64,000 nt of DNA from Candidatus Latescibacterota bacterium (GCA_965198115.1 OZ240241.1:4448001-4512000), one strand, 5' to 3'; positions 22,531 to 33,979 are shown, counted from the stretch's first letter. Numbers and translations: made by a program. The notes: a model not told the origin generated them from the letters alone.

Positions 22531-23547
22531 TCAGCCGTCCCGCCGGCCTTCGTCGGCCAATCGGTCCAGGTCTTCGATGTTTTCTATCACGTTGTCGAGT
22601 TTCAAAATCTCGGCGATCTGTCCCTTCCACTGACCCGCGTCCTGCTGGATCTGCGCATCGTTCATGGCGACCGCTGCCTGAAGGGCGAAACTGGCGGTGC
22701 TCTGCAGCGCGTCGTCCGGAACCTCGTCGCTGTGGGCGATTTCGATGAGTCCCATCAGGTCTTCCCCGCGCTGGATGGGGACGATGGCGAATCCGTCTCC
22801 TGCGTTGACGATCGAACGCGAGGCGAGCACGCCCGCCAGGGCTGCCTGCGACCGGCTTGCGTCGAGGTCGTCGAGGTCTTGGCGAGGCACCTTCCTGCCA
22901 TCCGTGGTCGCCGCGACGGGGACGAGGGTATCGTCTCCGAAACGGTAGATGACGATCCGATCGAGGCGCGTGACCTCGGCCGTGACCTGTGCGACGAGTT
23001 CCAGCGTTTCCTCGAGTGTGTGGTAGGTGAGCAGGTGCTGTGCGATTCGGTCCTTGCCCTCCAGTTCGGTCACCTTTTGACGCAGCTCCGCGGTTCGTTC
23101 CAGCACCTTCTGCTCGAGATGGGCGTTGAGTTCGGCGAGGTCTTTGGCCAGCCGATCGCGTTCCAGGTGCGTCCGGATCCGGATGAGCACTTCCTCTTTT
23201 TGGAAGGGTTTGGATATGTAATCGACGCCGCCTGCGCGGAAGCCTTCGAGTACGCCCTCGAGTTCATCTCGTGCCGTGAGGAAAATGACGGGAATCGCCC
23301 GGGTGGCCTCGTCGGCTTTGAGTCGCCTGCACGTCTCGAACCCATCGATGCCAGGCATCATGACGTCGAGCATGATGAGATCGGGGACGGTCTGGGCGGC
23401 TACCTTGAGTGCGCTTTCGCCGCTCGTCGCGACGAGGACGTTGTAGCTGTCGGCTTCGAGCGACTGACTCAGGATGTCGAGGTTCGCGGGAACGTCGTCC
23501 ACGATCAGGATTCGGGCGCCGGAGAGGTCGATGATCAGGTCATTCAT
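22531..23547 (-). CDS. Response regulator: REC + coiled coil + GAF-like domain
   Basis: ILIVDDVPAN, DLIMLDVMMPGIDG, IPVIFLTA, DYISKPF; C-terminal GAF-like segment. Confidence 0.85.
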   Translation of the reverse strand: MNDLIIDLSGARILIVDDVPANLDILSQSLEADSYNVLVATSGESALKVAAQTVPDLIMLDVMMPGIDGFETCRRLKADEATRAIPVIFLTARDELEGVLEGFRAGGVDYISKPFQKEEVLIRIRTHLERDRLAKDLAELNAHLEQKVLERTAELRQKVTELEGKDRIAQHLLTYHTLEETLELVAQVTAEVTRLDRIVIYRFGDDTLVPVAATTDGRKVPRQDLDDLDASRSQAALAGVLASRSIVNAGDGFAIVPIQRGEDLMGLIEIAHSDEVPDDALQSTASFALQAAVAMNDAQIQQDAGQWKGQIAEILKLDNVIENIEDLDRLADEGRRDG

Positions 23548-23746
23548 AGGTCGTTTCTTTCGGCGTTGGTGGGACTGACCCGGTAGTGTCACGATGCGGG
23601 CGTTCGTGGTGTCCTACCGCCTCTCGGCGGACACCATCGAACCGACCCTGTGCGAGGCGACGTCCCGAGCGTGCGGGCCGGCGAACCAAGCCAGGAAAAA
23701 AATAGGATCTCGGGGTCCTTCACGAGGTATTGATTCGGTCGCGCGC

Positions 23747-26099
23747 CTACGATGGCTCCTGCTGGATTCGGTCGAGGGTCTGTATGACCTGGTCCATGTC
23801 GTATCCCCCGCTGATCTCGCGCAGATGGGCCGCGAGCCTGGCGGTCGATCCGTCGATGGTCGCCAGTTCTTCGATGTGTTTTCGTAGATCGGTCACGCTG
23901 TAGCCTTCGGCCGCCTCGCGCAGCGCACGGTGGAGGTCGGCGGGGACCGAGACCGATGCGAAGTCGATTGCGAGGCCTGCGCCCTCGGGTTCGTCGTATT
24001 CGAACGTGACTCCGAGGGTCTCGGCCAGAGTGGCATAGACCTGGCCCGTCTTGAGGGGTTTGTCGATCAGGGCCTCGAATCCGGCTTCACGGTAGGTCTC
24101 CGTTTCGTGCAGGAGCACCGAAGCCGTGACGGCAATCGTTTTGGGTCGATCGTCGCCGTGTTCGTCCGTCAGCCTGCGCAGGGTCTCCATCCCATCCATC
24201 ACGGGCATCCGAATGTCGAGGAACAGGACGTCCGGGTGCCAGGACCTGACGATGTCGAGGGTTTCCTGACCCGACTCGACCGTTTTTACGTCCACGCCGA
24301 CGGTCGTGAGAACCTGCGCGAGGATGTCGCGGTTCGTGGCGTCGTCGTCGGTGACGACCGCCCTGATGTCCTGTCCCTGCGACAGGGCCCGCGCTCTCGA
24401 CCAGTCGTGTTCGGGCTTCACCGGCGTTCGGCCAGGCGGGAGCGCGAGGGTGAGGGTAAAGGCCGTCCCCTCACCGAGTTGGGATTGAAGGGTGAGGCTT
24501 CCACCCATCAGATCCACCTGTCGTCGCGAAATGGCCAACCCGAGCCCTGTTCCTCCCTGTCCTTCCACGCCTTGACGGAACGGTTCGAAAATCTGCTGCT
24601 GGAGTTCGCGCGAAATGCCCGGACCGGTGTCGATGATTTCGAATAGATGTCGATCGCCTTCGTGAGAAACGTTGAAAGTGACCGAACCGCTACTCGTGAA
24701 CTTGGCGGCGTTGCCGAGCAAATTGATCAGGATCTGCCGGAGCTTGTTCTCATCGCCACGGACGGGAGTCTGCGGCAGTTCTTCGTAAAGTTGCCACGCG
24801 AGACCCTTTTGCTCGCATCTCAGCTTGAACATAGCGTCCAGACCCGACAGCAGCCCCTTGAGGTCGAAATCGGTCGTTCTGAGCTCCTCGCGGCCCGCCT
24901 CGATTTTTGAGATGTCGAGCACGTTGTTGATGAGCGCGAGCAGGTGCTCCCCACTCTCTTGAATCGTGTCGATGGCCTTTCGGTGCTCGTCTTCGAGGCT
25001 CGGATCTCGTTCGAGGATCTGTGCATAGCCGAGGATGGCGTTCATGGGTGTTCTGATTTCGTGACTCATGTTCGCCAGAAATAGACTCTTTGCACGATTG
25101 GCCGCTTCGGCCGCATCGCGGGCGGCGAGCGACTCGTCTTCCTTGGACCGGAGGACCCGATTGCTGCGAAGAATCCGGCCCGCCTGCCATCCGGTGAGGA
25201 GGAGCGCAGCGAGGGAGAGCAGCACGAGCCAGGGTTGTTGCCACACAGGTGGAATGACGACGAAGGCCAGGCTGGCCTTCGTCTGATCGCTCTGAAAGTC
25301 GAGATCTCTCGCACGGACTTCGAACGTGTGGGGCCCCGCTGGCAAGGCGAGCAGGTCCTTGCTCGTGTCCGATCCGTAGGTGCTCCACGGTTCATCGTCG
25401 AGCCGCCAGGAAAACAGCAGGGCGTCGGCTTCGGTCGAGCTCCAGCGGTCGACACCCGACCAGCTGATCGTTGCGTTGCCCGGCTGGGCGATTTCGGTGA
25501 ACTGGGATTGGATGCGTGTTTCGGGGGGGGCCTGATCGGGGACGTATCTCAGGCACCGAAATGCATAGGTGGACGGGGGGGGGGGGGGCTGCGATCCGTG
25601 TTCGGCCCGTGTATACCAGTCCGAAAGGGTGATGGTGAACCAGAGTGCACCGGTCCGGTCCTGTTTGACCGCGGGAGCCCCGCCCTGTAACCAGGATCCG
25701 GGTACGACGTCGGGGGTCCACGACCGTCCGTCGTAGTGGCACACCCCTTCGTCGGAGACGACCCAAATGCTGCCGTCGTCGGCTTCGAGGACACTGCGGA
25801 GACGCCCTTCAGTCAGCCCGTCGCGCTCGTCGTATCGGGTCCACGATTGAAGGTCGAAATGGAAAAGCCCAAAGCTTCTGCTGACGGCCCAGAGGCCCCC
25901 CGAGGGTGGCGTGTAGACGACGTCGAACGGCGTGTTCGCGTAGAGCGCTATTTCGGAGTCGTGAGACCAACTCGTGCCATCGAACTTAACAGGCCTTCGA
26001 CGCCCCCCACCCAGAGTGCACCGTCTGAGGTGTGGCCGACTCCGTAGAAGAAGGTAGACGGGACCGAGCGGTGGCGATGCCATGTCGCCCCATCGAAAC
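23747..26099 (-). pseudogene. Hybrid sensor kinase (beta-propeller/Y_Y_Y sensor, HisKA, HATPase, REC), 5'-truncated by ISAzo13; frameshift ~25987
   Basis: FDGxxW propeller repeats, GPHTFEVRARD, FLANMSHEIRTPMNAILG, QILINLLGNAAKFT, REC motif FLDIRMPVMDG. Confidence 0.85.
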
Positions 26100-26102
26100 T
26101 AA

Positions 26103-27397
26103 GGGTTTGCCACGAAATAAGTGCTGCACTTTTCAAGGTAATGATCTTACGCTCGGAGTGTGGACGTCGAAACTCTCCGAACGAAGTATGAAGCCTTGGC
26201 TCCGGTGCTGACGGAACGCACGCGTCGTCTGTGGGCCGCCACGGAAGCCGAAGCGTTGGGTCACGGTGGGATCGCGATTGTGGCTCTGGCGACAGGAATG
26301 TCCAGAGAGCGGATCTTTCGTGGCATTCAGGAGTTGAGGTCGGACGAACCTTTGGACCCGGCTCGCATCCGGCGTCCAGGCGGCGGTCGTAAGCGGAAGG
26401 CCGACACGGACCCGACGCTGTGGCAGGACCTGAATGATCTGGTCGAGCCAACGACTGCGGGGTCGCCTGACGACAATCCTCTGAGATGGACATCGAAGAG
26501 CACTCGCAAACTGGCCGCCGAGTTGCAAGCGATGGGGCATTCGGTGAGCCCCAGGATCGTTGCCAATCTCCTGCACGAACACGATTACACGCTGCAGGCG
26601 AATCGGAAGACAAGGGAGGGATCTGCACACCCGGATCGGGACGCTCAGTTCGTTTACCTCGATGATCGGATTAGCCAGCAGCAGCAGCAGGGCCTTCCCG
26701 TTATCTCGGTGGACACCAAGAAGAAAGAGTTGATCGGCGACTTCAAGAATCCTGGCCGAGAATGGCGACCCAAGGGAGACCCGGAGCGTGTGAAGGTACA
26801 CGATTTCATAGTGCCTGCTCAGGGCAAGGCGATCCCTTATGGAGTGTATGATCTGAGCCGTGATGAAGGCTGGGTAAGTGTCGGTATCGATCACGACACG
26901 GCCAGCTTCGCCGTGAATGCGATCCGAAGTTGGTGGAAGAACATGGGACGGCCCGCCTACGGCACTTCGACGCATCTGCTAATCACGGCGGACGCAGGCG
27001 GCAGCAACGGCGCCAAGACGCGGCTGTGGAAGTGGGAGCTGCAGCGCTTTGCGAATCGCACTGGCCTGACGATCACCGTATGCCACTACCCTCCTGGCAC
27101 TAGTAAGTGGAACAAGATCGAACATCGCCTGTTCTCCTTCATCGCTATGAACTGGGCGAGGCAAGCCCCTGGTCAGCCTGGCTGCAACCGTGAATCTCAT
27201 TGCCGGAACGACCACTCAAGCCGGTCTCCGAGTACGCTCCGAGATCGACAAGCGACCCTACCCTAACGGGGTCAAGGTGACCGATGAACAGATGACCCAA
27301 ATCGATCTCACTCCGCACGATTTCCACGGCGACTGGAACTACACGATCCGGCCAATGGCTCAACATTGAGATCGACCGTTTATTTATTCGCGAACCC
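26103..27397 (+). mobile_element. ISAzo13-family IS, copy 2; transposase 26160-~27368 frameshifted by an extra G at ~27155
   Basis: Reverse complement of copy 1 plus one G (TGGGCGAG vs TGGCGAG); flanked by TAA on both sides. Confidence 0.92.
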
Positions 27398-27456
27398 TAA
27401 GCTGGGGTAAGCCCAAACGGAAATCGCCGTGATTGGATGGCCGTTTCCGAACCCAA

Positions 27457-27479
27457 CATTGCACCCGCTTGGTGCAATG
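27457..27479. promoter_or_regulatory. Inverted repeat CATTGCACC-N5-GGTGCAATG upstream of the TonB receptor (NtrC-box-like)
   Basis: Perfect 9-bp arms ending 20 bp before the ATG at 27500. Confidence 0.4.
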
Positions 27480-29314
27480 CCACTCAAGGAGTTCGACGCA
27501 TGAATTATCTTCGGTTTCTCAGAGTCGGTGCTGTCGCGCTTACGGTGATGGCGCTCGTCTTTGCACTGCCGCTCCAGGCCGACGCACAGTCGACGACCGG
27601 TAAGGTTTCCGGCCGCGTGACCGATGCCGCCACGGGCGAGCCGCTGCCGGGTGCCAACGTCGTCCTCGAGGGGACAACACGTGGCGCCACGACAAACGTG
27701 AATGGTGAGTATTTCATCATCCTCGTGACGCCTGGCCGCTACTCGGTTGCGGCCTCCATCGTCGGTTACCAGACGATTCACCAAACGAGCGTGGCCGTTC
27801 AGTTGGATCTGACGGCCATCGTGAATTTCGAGTTGACCGAGACCGCCGAACAGCTCGAAGATCTGATCGTGACGGCCGAGCGGCCGCCGGTTCAGATGGA
27901 CATCTCCTTCAGCCAGGCCTCCATGACGGCTGAACAGATCCAGGCTGCGCCCCTCGGTTCACGTCTTCGCCAGGCCTTCGAGACCCAGGTCGGTGTCGAC
28001 AACGACGACTGGGGCCTGACCATACGCGGATCCAACGAGGAAGAGCTTCTCTACAACCTCGACGGAATCGGCCAGCGCGACGGACGCAACAGCCGTCCTT
28101 TCTCGTCCTTCAGCGCGTCACCGGCGTTTCCGAAATGCAGGTGCTCACGGGCGGCTTCAACGCCGAGTACGACAACGTGCGCTCCGGCGTAGTCAACATC
28201 GTGACCAAGGAACCGCGCGCCCTCACGCTCAGCAGCGATCTGAAATGGAGCCCCGCGGCCGAGAAGTATCAGGGTGCCAAAATCTACAGCGCCGATAACT
28301 ACTGGGACATCGGCCGCTTCCAGTCGTTTGGCCCAACCGGCGACCTCGATAGGGACGGCGTGGTGGACTTCGCCGGGTGGGACGCCGTCTGGCAGGGCCT
28401 CACCGGTCCCGACAATCAGCCCATCGTTTCGGCTGCCCAGGCGAAGAGTATCTGGGACTGGCAGCATCGGTCGGTCGACGGTGGCGACATCAAACAATTG
28501 AACCGGAACGGAAGCGAACGGGCCGACGACCGTACGATCGACTACTCGGTCGGTGCACCGATCCTGCGAGATAGACTTTCCTTCCTCTTCTCGCATCGTG
28601 AGGAGCTCACCGCCTACACGTGGGGCATCGCCGTTCCAAGCTACAGGGACCGGTCGGTACAGGGCCGGCTGATTTCCAACCCGACACCCAGCACGAAACT
28701 CACCCTCGGCTGGGTACACAGCTGGGCGGAGGGTGGGAAATGGGGCAACTTCCAGGGGACTTATGCTCGAGGCCCGCGCTACGAAGGACAACAGTTCCGA
28801 AGCGCAAACACCTTCTCGCCGGGTTCGGGCGGTAACCTTCTGAGAATCACCCGAAATCACGGCACATTCAGCTGGACCCATACGCTCTCTCCCAAGACCT
28901 TCTACAACATCAGCGGGCGCTTGGGTTTCACCGATTTCCAGCACGACTACGGGGTCGGAGGTCCACAGAAAAGCGGTGTGCCCGCGGCTGCCATCAACCC
29001 CGATGGGACCATCGACGTCTTCAACGGGCAGATCGAGAGGACCAGCGACGGTCGAATCCTCCAGACGAATATCGACCGGAACCGGACGGGCACCAGCTCC
29101 GTGGCGGGTGCCGTCATCCTCGACGAGGGCCCGGTCGGTTTCGTGTATCGCCCGGCCCAGAGCGACATCCAGAGCCTCTACCGGCTGCGAGGGGGCTCGG
29201 GCAACAACGCCCGCGCCGGCGACTGGGGCACGGCGTGGGAGACCGACTGGTCGGTCGACATGACGAGCCAGATCACGCCGAACCACCAGGTCAAGGTCGG
29301 CGTCCAGGTCCACA

Positions 29315-29951
29315 GTCATGACCTCCGGCAAAGCCGGAGGCTTGAAAACTTGTGAACCGCTCAAAGCGGTTGGAAACCAAGCGCCACCTAAAGGTGGCGA
29401 TTACCTGAAAATGTTGAGCTGGTCGAGACGCCGGTCCTCCCGCTCCTGGTTCTGGATATACTCCCGAACCGTCTGTTCATCCTTGCCAACGGTGGAGACC
29501 CAGTAGCCTCTTGCCCAGAAATGCTGCCCGGTGAAGTTCGACCTGCGTCCCAGATAGTTCCGAGCAATGTGAATCGCACTCTTTCCTTTGATGAACCCTA
29601 CCGTCTGAGCTACTGAGTGCTTCGGCGGGATCGAAATCAGCGTGTGCACATGGTCGGATCGCAGGTGACCCTCTTCCACACGGCATTCCTTCTGTGCGGC
29701 CAGATCCCGAATCACCTCGCCCAGATAGCGACGAATTTCACCATACAACACTTTTCTACGATACTTCCGAACCCAAACAACGTCATACTTGCACTCCCAT
29801 ACCGTGTGACGTAGACTCCTTACGTTGTTCATTAGAGAGCCTTCCTTCCGTGTGCTTTGAGCGGTCTACGGCAAGGGAGGCTCTTACATATTTCTGGAAC
29901 TGTCAAACTCTGGGAGTCTCCCCGGCAGAGCCGGGGGCTTACCAAGGTTTA
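29315..29951 (-). mobile_element. IS200/IS605-family element, copy 2 (637 bp)
   Basis: Reverse complement of 6949-7585 with at least 2 substitutions. Confidence 0.92.
29401..29832 (-). CDS. tnpA: IS200-type Y1 HUH transposase
   Basis: Protein identical to copy 1. Confidence 0.95.
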   Translation of the reverse strand: MNNVRSLRHTVWECKYDVVWVRKYRRKVLYGEIRRYLGEVIRDLAAQKECRVEEGHLRSDHVHTLISIPPKHSVAQTVGFIKGKSAIHIARNYLGRRSNFTGQHFWARGYWVSTVGKDEQTVREYIQNQEREDRRLDQLNIFR

Positions 29952-31619
29952 GTTACAACATCCGCGAAATCCGCGGGTTTCTTTCCACCAACGAAGACCC
30001 GGCCAATCAGCCATTCGGCTGGGAACCCGAAATCCGGTTCGACACGAACGGCGACGGACAATTCTCGGCCGATGAGATCGGCCGCGGATTCGACTGGAAC
30101 AGCCTGCCCGACGCAGCACGTTTGGCCTACGAATCGGCCGCCGACCTTCGCCGTGCGGGCGCCACGGGCGATGAGATCAACGCCGCCATCATCAAGCGGC
30201 AGACGCAGCAGGCGCGCGAACTCCTCAACATCACCGACACGGCCGACTTCCACAACGTGTTCATCCGTTGGCCGACCTACGGTGGTGTCTACTTTCAAGA
30301 TCGCATGGAATACCGCCAGATCATCGTGAACGCGGGTTTGCGCCTCGACTGGCACCAGCCCGACCGCTACTTCGACCTTGGACGGCAGAGCCCGACAGAC
30401 CCGTTCGAGCGGGCCAACCTCCTGCGGGCTGGGATCGATCCCGACACCATCGGCCAGCACGGGCCGTGGCAGGTGCGAAACGCAGTCCTGCTCTACGCCA
30501 GCACCGACCGTGCGCAGCCCCCGACCAAGTGGGCGCTCAGCCCGCGGCTGGGCGTGTCACATCCGATCACCGTCGACAGCAAGCTGTTCTTCAACTACGG
30601 CCGTATGTCCGCGGTCCCGAGCGGCGACGAGCTCTACAACACGCAGAGCGGCATCGGCGAGGGACTAGAGCAGTTCGGCAACCCGTGGCTGAACCACATC
30701 CAGACCATCCAGTACGAGGTCGGTTACGAGCGGAACTTCCTGGATAACTACCTGACCACCGGAACACTCTATTTCCGCGATGTCGAGGGAGATATCAGCA
30801 ACTTCGACTTCCGCGGTATCACCGGCGGCGGCCCGAACCTGCGGCAGAACGGCAGGTCGAAGGACACCCGCGGGTTCGAGTTGAGCGTGAGGAGGGCTCG
30901 GGGCAAGTTCCTGACGGGCTACGTCTCCTACGACTTCCGCGTCGATCGGGACCGGCTTGTCGGCTACGACGACATATCGGACCAGCGGTTCTCCTCCAGG
31001 CCCATCCTCACCGACGTCGAGGACAACCCGGAAACGGCCAACCCGCCGTTCAAGGCGCGGCCCATCATCAAGGTCGGTATCAACGTGCGGACGCCCCTCG
31101 ACTACGGCGGGTCGAGCAGACTCTGGAAGGGCGGCTGGTCAGCCAACCTCTTCTTCCGGAACGAGGGCGGAAACTGGCTCAACTACAACCCCGCAGGTGA
31201 CCAGGCACTCCGCAACGTGCTCAACGCACAGTGGATCGACGAGCGCAGGGTCGACCTCCGGATCAGCAAGATCTTCGATCTTCCCGCGTCCCCCATGCTC
31301 TACGTGGAGGTCCAGAATCTCCTGGACTCCGACATCCCCTACTCCGACCGGGCCGGGGAGCGGGCCGGGGGTTCACGCGCCTCAGATGCGCAGGATCGCG
31401 TTTTCGAGCTGGTCGGCGGACGGAGAGATGACGACAATCTGGAACGCTACATGGAGGCGCTCGGATGGACCGTCGCCGCCGACGGCAGCCTGAACGAAGG
31501 CGGCAAGATAGGCGAGAAAGTGGATGTCGCTTTCATGCCCCAGCGTTCATACATGTTCTACACCTTCGCACGCGACATTCACTTCGGCCTTCGGTTGAAC
31601 TTCTAAGGACGGCTGTTTT

Positions 31620-31649
31620 CTGGCGGGCGCCCGGCCGGGCGCCCGCCAG
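31620..31649. other. Perfect 30-bp GC-rich palindrome (intercistronic hairpin)
   Basis: CTGGCGGGCGCCCGGCCGGGCGCCCGCCAG equals its own reverse complement. Confidence 0.8.
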
Positions 31650-31678
31650 GCCAACTTCTGAACGGGATGGAGGCACCA

Positions 31679-33964
31679 ATGCTTATTCGAATCGCGCTTG
31701 CCGTTCTCGCGCTCCTCGTTTCGACGAGCGGCGCGTGGGCGCAGACCGACTTGAACGTCGGCAAGAACTGGGGTGAGTGGTGGCCCGGCGGCTACAACGA
31801 AGACCGTACGACACCCGATATCGAATTCTCGGTCACCACCCGAGAATATGTTCTCGGCTACGCCCTTGCTTTCGAGAACTACAACACGCCCGACTTCACC
31901 GCGGATCGGCAGATTGTTGGATCGGAGGGCGGCACGATCCCTAGGTTCGTGATGGACAGGGTGGATGACCTTGGACAATACTCGTTCACATTCTTCCGCA
32001 CGGTGGATACCCGAGGGAGTCCGGCAGTTTGGAGACAGACCCCGCCCACCCTCACTCAGGATGGAGCGGTCATTCTTCGCGAAGCTTACAACTTCGACTC
32101 GTCGCGTAACGACCAGATCGTCTCGGGCCTGGGCTCCGATCTCTACCGGGAGAACCAGGAGACCACCTCGGCCGGCATCCACCGCCGGGAACAGACCTGG
32201 ACGTGGGAGCACACGGACTATGACGACATAAGGTTCGTTATTCACACCTACACATTCCCTACCACACCCTACCAGCCCGACCCCCGCGTGGGCGAGCGGG
32301 GTGCAGGCCCGGCCCCGGAGATCGCCACCAGAAACGCCGACGGCCACAAGCAATTCTTCATCTCCCACCACTGGTTCCAGTCTTCCGACAACCGTTCACC
32401 GTCGGGCGGCTCGTTCATCACGCCCAACCCCGGCGAGGGCTCCCGTACCTGGGAAGCGTTCGGTGTCGACCTGGGGGCCCTGGACGAAGTCCGCTACTAC
32501 GAAGACGACCTCACAGGTCCGATAGGTACCGCGGGTACGGAAGATCGAGCCGTCCTTCTGTGGTCTCACGACGGTGACGCTCAGGATTCCCCCGGCTTCC
32601 GGTCCGACCAGGACGACCGAGGCGATCCGGCGCCGGGCCCGGGGTCTAGGCTCGATGCGGCTGCCCAGACACTCATCCAGCCTGGCGAGTTCCTCGAGTC
32701 GATGGCCAAAGGCTGGCTCTTCCTCCACGTCGACAAGACACCGGTCACCGATCCTGGAAGCCTCGCCAGTCTCGAAGGCAACAACTGGCTCACTAGCGCC
32801 GACGACGCCGAGAGCACCCAGCCACGTTCGGCGAGATGGATCGACGACGTCTCCTGGACGAGTACCGAGAGCACCGACATCGATACGGTTTACGATTTCT
32901 TCACCGAGGCCAACACGACGCGCGCCGACCGAATCGTGCTCACGGATGTTGACGATCCGACGTGGACCGGCGCAATACAGGACTTCGTCGAGATGAGAAT
33001 GACCTGGGGCCCGTGGGACCAGATCCGCCCCGGCGAAAGCATTCGCTTCATCACGGCCTGGCTCGTCGCGGGGCCGAACTTCGACGACAACATCAGTGTC
33101 GGCTCGCAGTGGTTGAACGGCCAAATCTCCTTCTCGGAGAAGGAAGCCTTCCTCAATTCTGCCATCGACTCGCTCGATGGCGCGGTCGCTTCGACTCGGA
33201 CCGCGTGGGCAAACAGAAATACCGTTTCCGACGTAGTCAGCACGCTCACGCCTCTCTCCGCCATTCCGATCGGCATTCAGCCTGTCGGCCCGCTAGCACC
33301 GGATTGGCCCGATAACGTCACCTACGATTCGGGCCCCGGACAGAACGAGATCAGCTGGGACGCGGTCAGTGGTGCCGACGCCTACCGGATCTACCGGATG
33401 CTCGGGTTCCACACCCGGATCCCGACCGACGACTTCATCTCGCGAAACGGCAGACACTACATCGGGGAGACGACTGGGACGAGCTTCACCGACACCGACG
33501 TCGTCCGTGGCACGCGCTACTACTACGCGGTCACGTCCGTCGAGAACGTGGGCGGCGACGAGCGCGAGAGTGTCTTCATGGCCACGCGCAGCGAGGCATT
33601 GGGCGTCAGCCCGTTCGCGGCCCCGATCACTTCGAGCAGCGAGCTCGATAAGATCCGCGTCGTACCCAACCCCTACCAGATCCGGGGCGGCGAGTTGTCT
33701 CAGGGCGGGTTCAACTTCGACGGCCAGCCCGACAAGCTGTTGTTCGTCAACCTTCCCTCACGGGCCATCGTCAGGATCTTTTCAATCACAGGCGACATCA
33801 TCAACGAGTTGCGCCATACGGTGGGATCGGGCGACCTGTCCTGGGACCTGATGGTCAACGACAACAACCAGTTCATTACGCCCGGGATTTACATCGCCCA
33901 CATCACGAGCGAAGATCCGTCCGTACCCGGTACCCACATCGAGAGATTCGTGGTCGTCCGTTAA
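31679..33964 (+). CDS. Large secreted protein with FN3-like domain and T9SS/FlgD-Ig-like C-terminal domain
   Basis: Signal peptide (…SGAWA|Q); ISWDAVSGADAYRIYR...YYYAVTSV; C-terminus IRVVPNPY...FVNLP...VRIFSITGDII...WDL...PGIYI...RFVVVR. Confidence 0.8.
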   Translation: MLIRIALAVLALLVSTSGAWAQTDLNVGKNWGEWWPGGYNEDRTTPDIEFSVTTREYVLGYALAFENYNTPDFTADRQIVGSEGGTIPRFVMDRVDDLGQYSFTFFRTVDTRGSPAVWRQTPPTLTQDGAVILREAYNFDSSRNDQIVSGLGSDLYRENQETTSAGIHRREQTWTWEHTDYDDIRFVIHTYTFPTTPYQPDPRVGERGAGPAPEIATRNADGHKQFFISHHWFQSSDNRSPSGGSFITPNPGEGSRTWEAFGVDLGALDEVRYYEDDLTGPIGTAGTEDRAVLLWSHDGDAQDSPGFRSDQDDRGDPAPGPGSRLDAAAQTLIQPGEFLESMAKGWLFLHVDKTPVTDPGSLASLEGNNWLTSADDAESTQPRSARWIDDVSWTSTESTDIDTVYDFFTEANTTRADRIVLTDVDDPTWTGAIQDFVEMRMTWGPWDQIRPGESIRFITAWLVAGPNFDDNISVGSQWLNGQISFSEKEAFLNSAIDSLDGAVASTRTAWANRNTVSDVVSTLTPLSAIPIGIQPVGPLAPDWPDNVTYDSGPGQNEISWDAVSGADAYRIYRMLGFHTRIPTDDFISRNGRHYIGETTGTSFTDTDVVRGTRYYYAVTSVENVGGDERESVFMATRSEALGVSPFAAPITSSSELDKIRVVPNPYQIRGGELSQGGFNFDGQPDKLLFVNLPSRAIVRIFSITGDIINELRHTVGSGDLSWDLMVNDNNQFITPGIYIAHITSEDPSVPGTHIERFVVVR

Positions 33965-33979
33965 CGCAGGAGGGGAATA

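Larger units (their letters stand above)
27500..31606 (+). pseudogene. TonB-dependent receptor with N-terminal carboxypeptidase-regulatory-like domain; frameshift ~28115 and IS200 insertion
   Basis: Signal peptide, GKVSGRVTDAATGEPLPGANV, plug motif GGFNAEYDNVRSGVVNIVTK, LSPRLGVSHPI, C-terminal FGLRLNF; removing the IS gives VHS|YNIRE in frame. Confidence 0.9.

Noticed and set aside
21877-23586. Long antisense ORFs (also 5255-6526, 10148-11590, 41618-43153, 55579-57015, 59429-60664)
   Set aside because: Shadow ORFs opposite well-supported genes in high-GC DNA; no recognisable motifs
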